Source of the DNA: Malacoraja senta
Taxonomy: Eukaryota
DNA length: 64,000 nt
Reading direction: 5' to 3'
Assembly: GCA_038087875.1 (NCBI GenBank)
Contig: CM075988.1
Coordinates: forward strand, 17,734,001 to 17,798,000
The position numbers and the translations under genes are program-made. The notes beneath the pieces were generated by a model. It was not told the origin of the DNA and did not search any database. It saw nothing but the letters and a program-made list of their open reading frames with translations. Positions 50,356 to 63,644 of the stretch are shown here, piece after piece (the first letter of the stretch is position 1; the number at the start of each line of letters is the position of its first letter).

Positions 50356-50503
50356 GCATTTCCGTAGCCTGTGTTCAGATGACACACCAATGGTCCGCCG
50401 AGCTGCAGCCTCAAAGTTGGGTGAATTTGCCAAGGTTCTGGAGCTGGAGTTTTTAAAAAGTGACATTATACCTCTCTTCACTTCCCTGGCTTCTGATGAA
50501 CAG
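50356..50503 (+). CDS. PPP2R1B: PP2A A subunit, exon 5 equivalent
   Basis: tctag|G...CAG|gtatgt; 148 nt; [29 protein letters not shown]...[11 protein letters not shown] (FRSL and PLFTSL are B-like). Confidence 0.94.
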
Positions 50504-50618
50504 GTATGTGGTTGCAGAAGATGCCCCCATTGTCAATAAGGTAAAAGGAGTTAATATTGTACTCATTCAGCTTTTAATGAAGAACCATCGTGAACTTTGT
50601 CTGAAAATGTTTCTGCAG

Positions 50619-50774
50619 GATTCAGTGAGGTTGTTGGCGGTCGAAGCATGTGTGAGCATAGCACAACTACTTCCCCAGGAAGATCTGGAAGCTTTAGTCA
50701 TGCCTACACTACGGCAAGCTGTGGAGGACAAATCATGGCGTGTTCGCTACATGGTGGCAGACAAATTTTCTGAA
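50619..50774 (+). CDS. PPP2R1B: PP2A A subunit, exon 6 equivalent
   Basis: ctgcag|GAT...GAA|gtatgt; 156 nt; [18 protein letters not shown]...[17 protein letters not shown]. Confidence 0.94.
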
Positions 50775-51012
50775 GTATGTACTGCGCTTGTATGAATGGA
50801 TTATTGATCTAAGCACAAAGTGCAATTTTCTGGGGTGGTGACATTGTGCATCTATATTTTAAAATTAAATTATAATCTTTTCATTGTTTTACTTGACTAT
50901 TCCAGCACCACTCTTTCCGATTTTATCAAAAGAGGTCCTATAATAACATTTAAAAGACATTTGGAAGGGTACGTGGATAGAGCTCTAGGGGCTAGCGGAA
51001 TCAAGGGATATG

Positions 51013-51782
51013 CAGAGCTGCCAAGTTGTACGGATTTTCCGTATTTTGTACGGAAATGCGATAAGAATACGGATGTACCGATTTGCTTTGTAAAACACGG
51101 ATTTTTTAAAAATCGGCCCGACTTCCTGTTTCATCTTGCTGCTTAAAAAATGCAAATATATAAAAAGTCATACTGTAACTCTAAAAATTATGGCAGATTA
51201 AATCCATTAGTATTTTAAATTTCAAAATCTAGATGATTATTTTTGTAAGCTTTGCCTGTCCCGCTACAAGTTTAAACAGCGCTGTCAGTTTAGCGCTATG
51301 GGTTCTAATTATAGCGCTACCAGCTGGAGCGCTATTACCGTTACACATAGCGCTATGGCCACAGCGCTATGGGTCACAGACTGTTAGGGGAGGGAGAAGG
51401 AGAGGGGGAGGGAGGGAGGGAATAAGAGAGGGAGGGAGAAAAAAAGGAAGGAGAGAGGGAGGGGGAGGAGAGAGGGAAGGTGGGAGGGAAAGAGGGGGAG
51501 GCTTCCAAAATGGCTTCTACATCATCATCTGGTGCTAAAAGCAGGAAGCAGCCGTTCAAACAGCAATATACAAAGAGATGGCAATGAATGCACTATCAAG
51601 TAAGGTGCGTAGAAGACATATCAATTGGTAGCAAAGTTATGCATTCTTGTACTCTTACATGGGTATGACCGCACACTTTTTTCAGCAAAAAGGCACCGCG
51701 TAAAAATACTGATTTCCTCAGCAAAATACTGATTTTCAGGTACTAGAATACTGAAATGCTCTGACAAAACTTGGCTGCTCTG
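51013..51782. mobile_element. Non-autonomous DNA transposon with 15 bp TIRs (hAT-like)
   Basis: CAGAGCTGCCAAGTT ... AACTTGGCTGCTCTG; gatatg duplicated on both sides; splits a CR1 3' UTR. Confidence 0.85.
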
Positions 51783-52910
51783 GATATGGGGAGAAGGCAG
51801 GCACGGTTTACTGATTGTGGATGATCAGCCATGATCACAATGAATGGTGGTGCTGGCTCGAAGGGCCAAATGGCCTCCTCCTGCACCTATTTTCTGTTTC
51901 TTTGAAAAGTTTAGAAGGATATGGGCCAAACGTGGGCAGGTGGGACAAGTGTAGATGGGGCATCTTGGTAGGCATGGACAAGTTGGGCCGAAGCAATTAA
52001 CTAGATACATTCAAACAAAATCGGAATGTTTTGATAAAATTAGGAACTGTTTCCACAGGCAAAAAGGTCAATAACCAGAGGTAAAATAGGTAAGTCTCAA
52101 AAAAGTCAGAGGAATAGTAAGGCAAAATGATTAGCCATGGGCACCTAGCCACACTTGTTTTTTAGTTGACGATATGTAACAGTCTTGTTCTGTCAATTCC
52201 AACTGACCATGCCCCTTCCCATCTCTTTGCTACATCACCAAGTGCATTGCTCCTGTCTTACATCCGTTCATATTAGCCACCAATATCCACACAGCATTCA
52301 AATTCACTTCTACTTACTATGACACTGGTTCCAGGGTCTGGAACCTGAAATGTTGGCTTATACCTTTTGTCTCCACTGATGCTGCTTGACTCGCTGAGTT
52401 CATCCAGCATTTTGTTTTTTGTTCCAGATACGAATATCTGCAGTCTCTTTTGCTTAATGGGGCAAAACTATTTATATAGGGAATCATCATACGATGCCCT
52501 GTCAAAGGACGCAGATTTAATAATTATCAAAACAAATTGAGTAAATCTAGGAAAAACTCTTTGAACACAAGGTCCAAGTTCTATATAAAATCACGAGAAC
52601 ACTTGTGAAATTAGTACTATACCACGATTGGAAAAATAATTGTATTTAAATTGATATAGATTTTAGTATTTCTTTGATAATTTTCTGTGATTGTTGCCAA
52701 TGGTAGACCTGTAACCTGCTATGCTTTCTAATATTGCACAAGTCTTAAGTATCTGTCCATTTATAACCTAATTTGAAATAATTTAAAACCAAAAACAGGA
52801 ACTGGTTTGTGTTAGCACTGTTTATGTGCTTTTTATTACATAGACTGCTGGCACTGATTCTCTGTGAGCAAACTGCTTTTACTTTGTTACTCATTTCATT
52901 TCTCTTAAAG

Positions 52911-53025
52911 CTTCAGAAAGCTGTGGGTCCAGAAATTACAGAAAATGATCTGGTTCCAGCTTTCCAAAACCTGTTGAAGGATTGTGAGGCTGAAGTTCGT
53001 GCAGCTGGAGCCAATAAAGTTAAAG
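52911..53025 (+). CDS. PPP2R1B: PP2A A subunit, exon 7 equivalent
   Basis: ttaaag|CTT...AAAG|gtaagt; 115 nt; [38 protein letters not shown]. Confidence 0.94.
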
Positions 53026-53829
53026 GTAAGTTTGGAATTTCCTTTATTTTTTTTGTCTTCACCTCCTTGGTTTCAATATAGCACCAAATAAGATTAATAC
53101 TGAGAGTACTGCCAGGTGGCACTTTTGCATTGGTGTCCTGACCTGATTATTAGACTAGCTTTGTAGAAATCCATTGTAGTAAATGGAAACTCATTGTCAG
53201 ACAATAGCCACCTTTGTTTCATGACATCTCAGTAGTGGCTGGTCTTCAAAGGATGTATTTTATTGACTATGAAGTGTTTTGAAGATTTTGAAATAGTGAA
53301 AAACAGTAAATGTGTTATTGCAGTCTTAATCGTCAACTATATCTGAGAAAGTAAATTCAGATAGACACAAACAGCTGGAGAAATTTAGCGGGTCAGGCAG
53401 CATCTCGAGAAAAGGACTAGGTGACGTTTCGGGTCGAGACCCTTATTCAGACTGTTTGAATTCAGTATGTAATGACAGCATCTCATTTTTATGATGCCTC
53501 TACATGACATCAGAATTTTGGGTCATAATCTCTTTGTGCGAAACTGGGAGATGTCAATCAACATAGCTACACTGCTATCCATCAATCACGTCTGCAGCTG
53601 CATCTCATCCCCGATGGAGGTTGCAGAAGTACTTTACTCCTACTTTCCTAATATATTTGATATACACAGTATTGGAGAGGTCGAGTACTCCATGTACTGA
53701 ACCTGGCATGATTGGAGATTTTGAATTTTGCCCATTTTAACCAAACAGATGCAAGGCAAAATCCACAAGAAAATCATAACATACTGGCAATACCTTGCAC
53801 GTCAGACAGCATTCGTGAAGTGAATCACT

Positions 53830-55500
53830 GCAGATCAGCAGGGCAAATAGGCTGAGGAATGGCTATTAGCCATTTATCTGCATTAAGTTCTATTACTTAA
53901 TGCAGATAAGTGTGAAGTGTTGCATTTTAGGAAGTCAAACCAGGACAGGACTTTCACAGTGAATGGTAGGACCATGTGGAGTGTTGTAGAGCAGAGGGAT
54001 CTAGGAGTGCAGGTACATAGTTCCCTAAAAGTGATGTGCATTGGTTTTCATCAGTCAGGGCCTTGAGCATAGAAGTTGGAATATTATGTTGCAGTTGTAT
54101 AAAACGTCGGTGAGACAGCATTTCGAATATTGTCTTCAGTTTTGTCTTTCAATTTCAGTCACCCTGCTACTGGATGGATTTCATTAAGTTGAAATGGGTG
54201 CAGACAAGATTTATACGCCTTGGGGGCATAATTGGGCCATTCGGTCCATCGAGCATACTCTGCTATTCAATCTATCTTTCCCTCTCAATCCCATTCTGAT
54301 CTATCTTTCCCTCTCAACCCCATTATCCTGCCTATCCTTTTAACCCGTGACACCCTTAATAATAAAGAATCTTAAATCTCCATCTTAAAAATACCCAAAT
54401 GACTTGGCCTCCACAGCTGCCTGTGGCAATAAATTCCACAGATTCACCACCATCTGACTAAAGAAATTCCTCCTCATCTTCTATCTAAAGATATGTCCTT
54501 TTTATTCTGAGGCAATGTCCTTGGTCTTAGGCATCCCCAGTGGAAATGTCCTTCCCACATTCACTATCCATGCCTTTCGCTATTTGGTAAAACCTTGTAA
54601 ACTCCAGTGAATACAGATCTAGTGCCGTCAAATGCTCATCATACGTTAACCCAATCATTCCAGAAACCTTCCTATAAGCCTCCTCTGGACCCCCTCCAAT
54701 GCCAGCACGTCCTCCTTCAGGTTCAGGGCTCAAAAGTGCTTACAATACTCCAAATGCAGTCTGACCACTGCCTTATAAAACCTCGGATTTACTTGCCAGA
54801 GGAGGTAGCACTGTAACAGAATTTAATGTAATACCGTGACAGCATTTAAAATATATTCGGCCAGGTAGATGGATAGGAAAGGTTTAGAGGGATATTTGGG
54901 CAAACGCAGCTAAATAGGGCAAGTGTAGATGGGCATCTTGGGCATCTGTCCAACCCATCTACAGTTTGGGCCAAAGGCCCTGCTTCCGTGACTGCTATTG
55001 GATGGAATTCATTAAGTTGAAATGAGTGCAGACTGCATTAGTTATTTGGTGCTTTATGACATTTCGCGTTTAATTTAACAATTTGAGTTTGTTATTAGAT
55101 GTTAATCAACTTGTTTTTCATTATTATTTTAGATTTACAGCTTTTATAGTTTACGTTTTAGAGAATCTAAGCCTTTGCTGTGATGTATTTTGTCTTTTAA
55201 ATGCTATTATACCTGCCTCTGTTTTCTTTGACAGCTCTTTCCAGTCATTATTAATTTTTTCCCTCTCACCTTCAAGCTATGTTCTCTGGTTCTTTATTTT
55301 CCTCCTCTGTGTAAAAGACTGGGCATTCACCTCATCTATTCACCTCATGATGATATACACCTCTATAAGATCACCCCTCGGCCTCCTGCACTCCAAGGAA
55401 TAAAGTCCTAGCTTGCCCAATCTTTCCATTTAGCTTAGGCCCTTGAGTCCTGGAAACATCTTCATAAATTCTCTCTGCACTCTTTCCTGCTTAAAGACAT
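53830..55500. mobile_element. Nested CR1 fragments in both orientations in PPP2R1B intron 7
   Basis: gataagtgtgaagtgttgcatttt.. on plus; tccacagattcaccaccatctg.. on minus; ctataagatcacccctcggcctcctg on minus. Confidence 0.8.
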
Positions 55501-56105
55501 CAAGGTGTAAAGAGTGCCATAATTTTATTCAGAATGGCATAATTTTATCCATAAAATCTGGCTTTAGCCCTGCATCTTGAAATGAGGTACATCAGTTATA
55601 TTTGGTATTTCAGATTGTCCAACTTATCAGTTGTATTTCAGCAAAGCACCTCACCTGTGGAAGCACTGTGGAAATGAAGCCAACACTAGAAAAGCATCGC
55701 TGCATCAGTCATCTGGCCTATCTCCATAAGGCAAATGTTTCAAATATTGTGATATCTGCCAACATGCTTTGGCAATCGTCTCTCGTGCAGTAGCTGGCAT
55801 CTTGCCTCCATTGATGCCAAGTGGCTATCCAAGTTCATTTGGATTATTTGCCCCTGCACAAGAGTATACAAAGGGAATATGGCACTTTGACACTTCCTTT
55901 AAATTTTCATGATATTTATGCTTTAGATGCGAGCCTTGTGCTATTTTAAATTGTATTTCAAAATATGTTTTCTTGCTACCATCTTCTGGAAAGATATTCA
56001 AATAGGTATACAGACATCTTTCAATTGTGCAAATTTGCTTAGTCTGTTAAAATATAATCATTATATTTTAAATATAACAACTTTTTAACATACTTCATTC
56101 TGTAG

Positions 56106-56176
56106 ATTTCTGTGAAAACTTGCCAGTGGATTGCAGAGAGACTGTCATAATGAATCACATCTTGCCATATGTTAAG
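56106..56176 (+). CDS. PPP2R1B: PP2A A subunit, exon 8 equivalent
   Basis: ctgtag|AT...AAG|gtaaca; 71 nt; DFCENLPVDCRETVIMNHILPYVK. Confidence 0.92.
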
Positions 56177-57494
56177 GTAACATTCTCATGTTCATTCACA
56201 TTCTCATGTGAATAAGGAGCAGAATTATGCCATTCGGCCATCAAGTCTAATTCTTGGTTTATTATATAATTAAATTGACGTAGCAATTGATTTTATTTGC
56301 TTTAGAAAAAAACCAGTTCCTTCATTTCTGGGGTGGATTGGAAATCACGATGAATGGTAAAGGTCAACCACGAGTTACAACAAAGTTCCTTTCAGGTGTA
56401 CTATCCTTAATCCAAACAGTTCTGTAGCAGGAAATGCAGCAGCTAACTGAGTTGCCATACAGCAGATGATGCCTGCAGCAATGGCAAATCCATCTTGCTG
56501 ATCTCCTAAAGGTTTGATTGTATGCATGGTCTGTACTTAAATCAGGCATAGTATGGTGAGGGTGTCCTTCAGATAGGTGCCTTTTGAATTATGACAGCGA
56601 TCTGCTTGTAACTGGACAATCTCAATATTATAGCGTCTAATTAAAATGAGTAACTTCTGAAGGCACATTACCACATTAGCTTGATTTTGTGATCAATAAA
56701 AAGGCACATCTTGCCATTAACTTTAATGAAAATTAATATGCAACTATTTAGCAGTATCTTTCTCTTGATCTACTGTAACTTTCGTTCTGGAGTCACTCAC
56801 AGGGATAAGTGTAGCATCAAGCATACTGAATTAATCAGACTGAAGAATTCTCACACCACACCACAGAATAGGTCTTCGTTCATAATGAACATTTTACTCT
56901 AAACACATTGTTTTGATACAAACTGAAATGTCAAACTTTTAAAGAAACTAAGTAACAAATATCCATGGATCTTTCATCATGGCCTGGACAGATCAATATT
57001 GCTTTTTTAAATTACTTCCTCAGGACTGGGAAAATCAAACATTTTCATGTAATACTTGAGTGTTATGCGAAAATTAAATCAATAACATTTTCAGTAGTGT
57101 TTAACTATAATCAACTTAAAACTAAATCACTGTTTCTGTGTTGATTAGAATTGTGAGTTGCAAAATGCCCCCTCCACCTCCTACACACACAACGCAGGGA
57201 GCTTTTGTCACCCAACTATACATTTATGGATGCAGTATTATTTAAGTAGTCCGTTTTTCTGTGATTGCAACCCCAAATCCTGGACCATAATCATCAAACT
57301 AGGACAGTTCAGAAAGCTACTGTAATGAGTTTTCATGCACAGTTAATGATGCAAAGTTGCTCTGAATATTCTAAATAATTATATAAAATATGTTCAATTT
57401 TGGAGTATAATGTGGTGGTTCATTTCCATTTTTGAAAGAAAGGCCAAACGCAGGCAAATGGGACTAGCTGAGGTGGGAATTAAAAGATTAATAG

Positions 57495-58437
57495 AGGGAT
57501 TGCACGTAACTTTAGCAAATTTGCCGATGACACAAAGTTGGGTGGCAGTGTGAACTGTGAGGAGGATGCTATGAGGATGCAGGGTGACTTGGACAGGTTG
57601 GGTGAGTGGGCAGATGCATGGCAGATGCAGTTTAATGTGAATAAATGTGAGGTTATCCACTTTGGTGGCAAGAACATGAAGGCAGATTATTATCTGAATG
57701 GTGTCAAGTTAGGAAAAGGAGAAGTACAACGAGATCTGGGTGTCCTTGTTCATCGGACAGTGAAAGTAAGCATGCAGGCCACAGGCAGTGAAGAAAGCTA
57801 ATAGCATGTTGGCCTTCATTACAAGAGTATAGGAGCAAAGAGGTCCATCTGCAGTTGTACAGGGCCCTAGTGAGACCACACCTAGAGTATTGTGTGCAGT
57901 TTTGGTCTCCACTTTGAGGAAGGACATTCTTGCTATTGAGGGAGTGCAGCGTAAGTTCACGGGGTTGATTCCGGGATGGCGGGACTGTCATATGTCGATA
58001 GAATGGAGCGACTGGGCTTGTATACACTGGAATTTAGAAGGATGAGAGGGGATCTTATTGAAACATGTAAGATAATTAAGGGATAGGACATGCTAGAGGC
58101 AGGAAACATGTTCCAGATGTTGGGGGAGTCCAGAACCAGGGGCCACAGTTTAAGAATAAGGGGTAGGCCATTGAGAACAGAGATGAGGAAAAGCTTTTGC
58201 CCCGGAGAGTTCTGAATCTCTGGAATTCTCTGCCTCAGAAGGCGGTGGAGGCCGATTCTCTGGATGCTTTCAAGAGAGAGTTAGATGGAGCTCTTAACGA
58301 TAGCGGAGTCAAGGGATATGGGGAGAAGGCAGGAACGGGGTACTGATTGTGGATTATTAGCCATGATCACAGTGAATGGTGGTGCTGGGTCAAAGGAGCG
58401 AATGGCCTACTGCTGCATCTTTTGCCTATTGTCTATT
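57495..58437 (+). mobile_element. 5'-truncated CR1 LINE (RT C-terminus and 3' UTR)
   Basis: [50 protein letters not shown]; ends in a ctattgtctatt tail. Confidence 0.92.
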
Positions 58438-59148
58438 GAAAGGTTCAGAAAAATGTGGGCCAAACGCAGGCAGGTGGAACTAGCTATGTGAGGGATCTTG
58501 TTTGGCATGGGCCGAAGATTTTGTTTCCACTTCAACCATTTCAAGAGGGAAAAGATTTTCTGAAATGCAACATTTTAACTTTGGTTGAAATGTATAAACC
58601 ATGGATTTTAACATAATTAGATTGTTATTACTGCTTTACTTTTGAGTTTGAATACATAAGATGGAATGATCAATAGGCTTTAAACACCCTCAAACCAGCT
58701 CTGCTGTTGACATGGTTCATCTGATCTTTGGCCATAATTCCATTCTGATCATTTCCCCATAAAGTTTAATTTACTCTTTACTCCAACGATCCCACTTCAA
58801 ATTCTGGAGCACCATCTGCATCTCAAGGAGGCGCAATTAAACATTTTAGGTCTCAGAACATTTTCTGAAGCAAACAAACTTTTTTTTTGGCTCGTGGTAA
58901 ATGTTTTCTGGGAAAACGTCAATACATTGTTTAATTAGGTTTTGTTTTCAGTTTTGCAAGCTTATAGAAAAATTGGAAAATCACCGTTGGGCTTTGACAT
59001 TTATCTAGATTTTACGAACAAAGGTTATTAATATGTTGATGTACACATGCAATTTATTCAGGTTTTGAGCTGTTGCTCACAGTGCATTTAAGAAGAACAC
59101 TTCACTTATGTAAGTTTTTATTTGATGATTTTATGAATTCCTTTCCAG

Positions 59149-59283
59149 GAACTTGTCTCCGATACCAATCAACATGTGAAGTCTGCTCTTGCCTCTGTTA
59201 TTATGGGTCTGTCCACCATCTTGGGCAAGGACAGTACAGTTGAACATTTGCTTCCTCTGTTCTTGGCTCAGCTCAAAGATGAG
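59149..59283 (+). CDS. PPP2R1B: PP2A A subunit, exon 9 equivalent
   Basis: ttccag|GAA...GAG|gtaatt; 135 nt; [45 protein letters not shown] (SDTNQ and GLSTIL are B-like). Confidence 0.94.
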
Positions 59284-60280
59284 GTAATTTTATCATGAAT
59301 AAAACTATCACAAATTTTTAACTGCTACACGGTAGTTGTAGTTAATGGAAATAATTAATGGATTAACGATACCATTTACCACAGGAAGCTGAGACTTTTT
59401 TCTCTGTGTATTGTTTCAAATCTGTTGTCAAATCAATGTTGATGAAAGATCACAATAATCCAGTTGGTCATAGCCTTTTATGCCTGACCGATACAAGTGC
59501 TTGTCTAGGCACATCAGAAATGCTGTCAGTGACTCTGCTTCTGCCAACCCCCCTCAGTGTAGTCTGGTATATCCATATCTTCTTCTTGAATGGTAGTTTT
59601 GCCAGGTAAAGGTATGAGCCAGCTTCATTGATCTTTTATTGATAGGTTATGTCGCTTGTAACTTTAAATGAATGCTGCTTTTTCTACACATTTAAAACCA
59701 GGTTTGTGTTTTAAACAGCAAGACCTGTAAACTATGTTACTTTTATTATAGCTTCTTCATAAGCGCTTGTTTCTTGTAGGATCCACAAAATTAATTAGAC
59801 TCTGTTACTGAAGCAAATTGTGGTTGTAACCAAATAAACCAGATTTCCAAAGTTTACAGTATTTTGATTTTGAAATTTACTTAGAAAGCTTGTTTCAAGG
59901 AAAATCATACCTCAGCCACAATTTAAGCATGGTACTGTGTACTCATTCCGATTCCATGACTTCATTTCTGCAGTCCACCCTGGATTTGCTGCCTTTTAAA
60001 GATTCTGTTAGTAAATCTCTCATGCAGCAATTTTTACAATGTTTAATCTAAACCATAATATATGCATAAAAAGCTGCATTTAGATTTATTTTGTCAGGTC
60101 GATATTTAATGAATGTCCGCCAAACTAATTAGAAAGGAGAAAGTCTGGGGGGGGGGGGGGGGGGGGCAGCAATTGTTGACTATGTATTTTTTCATTCCAG
60201 CATCCCAGGGTGTTCCCAGCATCTATTGAGATAACATTTTTCACATTGCATTAGTAAAAAAAATTGCCTTTCTTTCCTAG

Positions 60281-60496
<216 letters not shown>

Positions 60497-61375
60497 TAGT
60501 AAAATGTAATTGCGGTGAACTATGCATTGAATATATTCGTTGATTCTACCTGATGTTTACTTAGGGTAATTTGGGATAATTTGCCCATTGCATGTAAGGA
60601 GTTGACATGGTCCAGATAAATGCAATGTGCACAGATCAATTGGGTTGGATATGAAAGCCAAATAACCTAAAGTTGTGCGAGCACGCAATAACAATGTGGG
60701 AAATTGTTAATTTATTCCCAGTGATTGAATCCTTGTTGAAAGCGGAAAACTAATTCCATTAAAGAATTGCATAATAAGAAAGTGAATCATATTTTGCAAT
60801 ATAAAGGGAGAGATACTTTGCTGGTCAGAAGTATCGAGTGTCACTCTAGCAGTGTGGCACAAGATAAATAGCACATCTAATTTATTTTGAGTCATGAAAC
60901 TACTTCCTGCTATGGACCTGGTGGGGTAGTACTTAGTTGGTAATGCTCCTACTGTTTTCATTCAACCACTGAACACTGTAAAGTTTGTTTTTTTGTTTAT
61001 ATTGGACCATGGTCTTGGTGTTATATTGGCACCAATAAACTCACGAGGATATACAAAATCCTTGATACAAGGGCCTTAACTAAATGAAATCAGATGTGAA
61101 TATATTTTGCAAAGCCTACTGCTACAGTATGATCTAGGAATTATAATAGTTCATTCAAACACTTTTCACTCTTTCGCATTCCACCCCTTCACTCCCTACC
61201 CATTGGGTCGGAATAAGTTATTAGATATCTGAAAAACATACTGCTGTGTATAGAAACAAACTACAAAGGCTGGAATGAGAATATTTGGCACATTTTAGAT
61301 AGCTTTGAAGAAATATATTGCTGTGCAAGAGATTGGAAGTGTTATTTTATTGACATTTTTTTTCAATCTGTTTAG

Positions 61376-61436
61376 GGAGTAGAGTTTTTTGATGAGAAGT
61401 TGAACTCCCTGTGTATGACATGGCTGGTGGATCATG
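61376..61436 (+). CDS. PPP2R1B: PP2A A subunit, exon 11 equivalent (gene continues beyond the window)
   Basis: gtttag|GGA...CATG|gtgagt; 61 nt; GVEFFDEKLNSLCMTWLVDH. Confidence 0.94.
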
Positions 61437-61549
61437 GTGAGTGAGTGATAAACCATTACATTTGCTGTTACAAAGGTTCTTAGTTGTTTGCTGGAGCTTC
61501 CATGTTCTTGATTTCTCATTTTGCAAAAATAGTTTTTTTTCAACATTAA

Positions 61550-61900
61550 AAGACCCTGTTGCTCTTGTGTTTTGGCTTGCGATGTTTGCTGAGCTCTGGC
61601 GATGTTAACCAGCAGGGAGATATTTTGTGGTGTCTAGAGTCGATGCAAAAAGTCGACAGATGAAATTTGTATGAATTTTGTGGAGCCGAGATCCTAACCA
61701 TCTCAGGGAAACAAACTAAGTTGGTGTAACTGAAAGACAGCTATTTTATTGACCTGACCCGCAATGTCGCGCACAACTACATACCTCTCCGCGTATCTCA
61801 GTGGGAACGGCCCAGCGCGGCCATACGATGCCCGTGCGCCTCAACGCGACCACGAGATAGTGTAATTTGCGTACCAAGGACACGTACGTGGGACAGGCTC
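61550..61900. mobile_element. Degenerate Harbinger-like MITE
   Basis: CpG-rich patch ending gtgggacaggctc-ttaa, the same terminus type as at 36289 and 34788; left end uncertain. Confidence 0.5.
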
Positions 61901-63644
61901 TTAAGGATTATTTTTAAGTGTTTTGCCATAATCATTTTTAATTTACAAGAATACTTAAGACCATGTGTTCTGGCACTTTCCACTTGAAGAATTTACTATT
62001 TTTCCATTTCTTTATGTTGTGATGTGAACCTTAATTTGTAATTCCTGTTCCAAAATTGCCTTAACGGTAAGGCAGATAGCAGATCAGTCTTTCTAAAATA
62101 ACAGAAAGAGCAGAAACAAGAAATATGTTGGCTTACAAAAAAAAAAGACTGGAGTAACTCAGCCGGCCCTGCAGCCTCTCAGCAGAACATGGTAGGTGAC
62201 GTTTCGAGTTGGGACCCTTCTTATGGTGGGGGAAAGAAAGATGAAAGAGTGGAGGGACAGGACAAAGCCTGGCAATGAATTGATGGATACGCGTGAAGGA
62301 AGGGGAGGAGGCGGATTGTTCAGCAGATGGTTGGACATTGACCAGAGATGAAAAGACAGCAGGTGTGAGGCAAAAGGATTGAAGGATTGCGAATTCTGAA
62401 GCTAGAGGAAGAAAAGTAAGGGGGGGAGGGGCAGTCCAGATGGAGCACAGGGGAGGGGGTGGGGAAGAAAGGAAGGAGGGGGGGGGGGGAATAAATGGGG
62501 CGTGGTTGGTTTTGTAGTAGTTACCTAAAAGTGGGAAAATTCAACTTTCATATCATTGGGTTGAAAATACCCAAGTGAAATATGAGGCGCTGTTTCTCCT
62601 TAAGCCCAAGCTTAGACGCGGCAACTGTTCCACCAAACACTTGTGTACGGTCCGCCAATGCGTACTGGATCACTCGGTTGCTAACCATTTTAATTCCTCT
62701 TCCCGTTCCCATACTGACTATTCGCTCCTGGGCCAAATCTTAGGCAACTTCTAAAACCATCCCCATTCCCAGCCCTCTCCTCTGTGTCCCACTTGGACTT
62801 GCACCTATTTCTCCCTTCCACTGATGTTCCATCCTCTAGCTTCACAACTTGCAATTCTTCAATCCTTCTGTTTCACACCACCTTTCTTTTCACCTCTGGC
62901 TTTGCCAATCAAACCACCATCATTTGTGCTCACCTACTAGTTGCCAGGCTTTGACCTACCCCTCCTCCTCTCTTCCAGTTTTCTTTTCTTCACGCCTCCC
63001 CCATCCTCCACCAACACCACAATCATTCTGAAGGGTGCCAACTCAAAATGTTACTTATCCATGTTCTCCAGAGATGCTGCCTAACACTGAATCACTCCAG
63101 CATTTTATCTTTTTTGATTAATGGAACGAGCCTGCCAGACCAGAATGCAATTATGATTTTTAATTCTGACATTATGTATCTCGTTCCATACTACTACATT
63201 TATACTAATGATGAAAGAGGGGCAGTGCTAAACCATTACCAGCTTTGTAACTGGAATAAAGAGGAATATAATTATGGGGTGCATTAAAGAGTGCATTAGA
63301 GATCTTTGTACATTGCAGGAAGTCCTAGCCCAGTTCCTCCTGCTGGTGACTGTAGGAATAGCAGATAAGACGGGTGAATGTGTGAATCACTGCAACAGCT
63401 TCTGACCTGTCTGTACAAGCTGCATGGGTTACAACTGAACCAAAATGATGGATGGTATGGTTTACTTATGTATGGCATCATTTGCCTGAATAACGCGCAA
63501 ACAAAAGTTTTTCACTGTATCTTGGTACGTGACAATAAAGCAGTGCCAATCTGCGCAGGAATGTTTGCTGGTACTGTGGGACTTGGTAGAAATAGGCAAA
63601 GAATAGATGTGCAGTTGAGGGGGAGGTGCAGTCAAATAAACACC

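Noticed and set aside
60147..60166. Poly-G run (also poly-C at about 1267-1291 and G-rich 62420-62490)
   Set aside because: Simple homopolymers, partly inside repeats and prone to sequencing error; no evidence of function.
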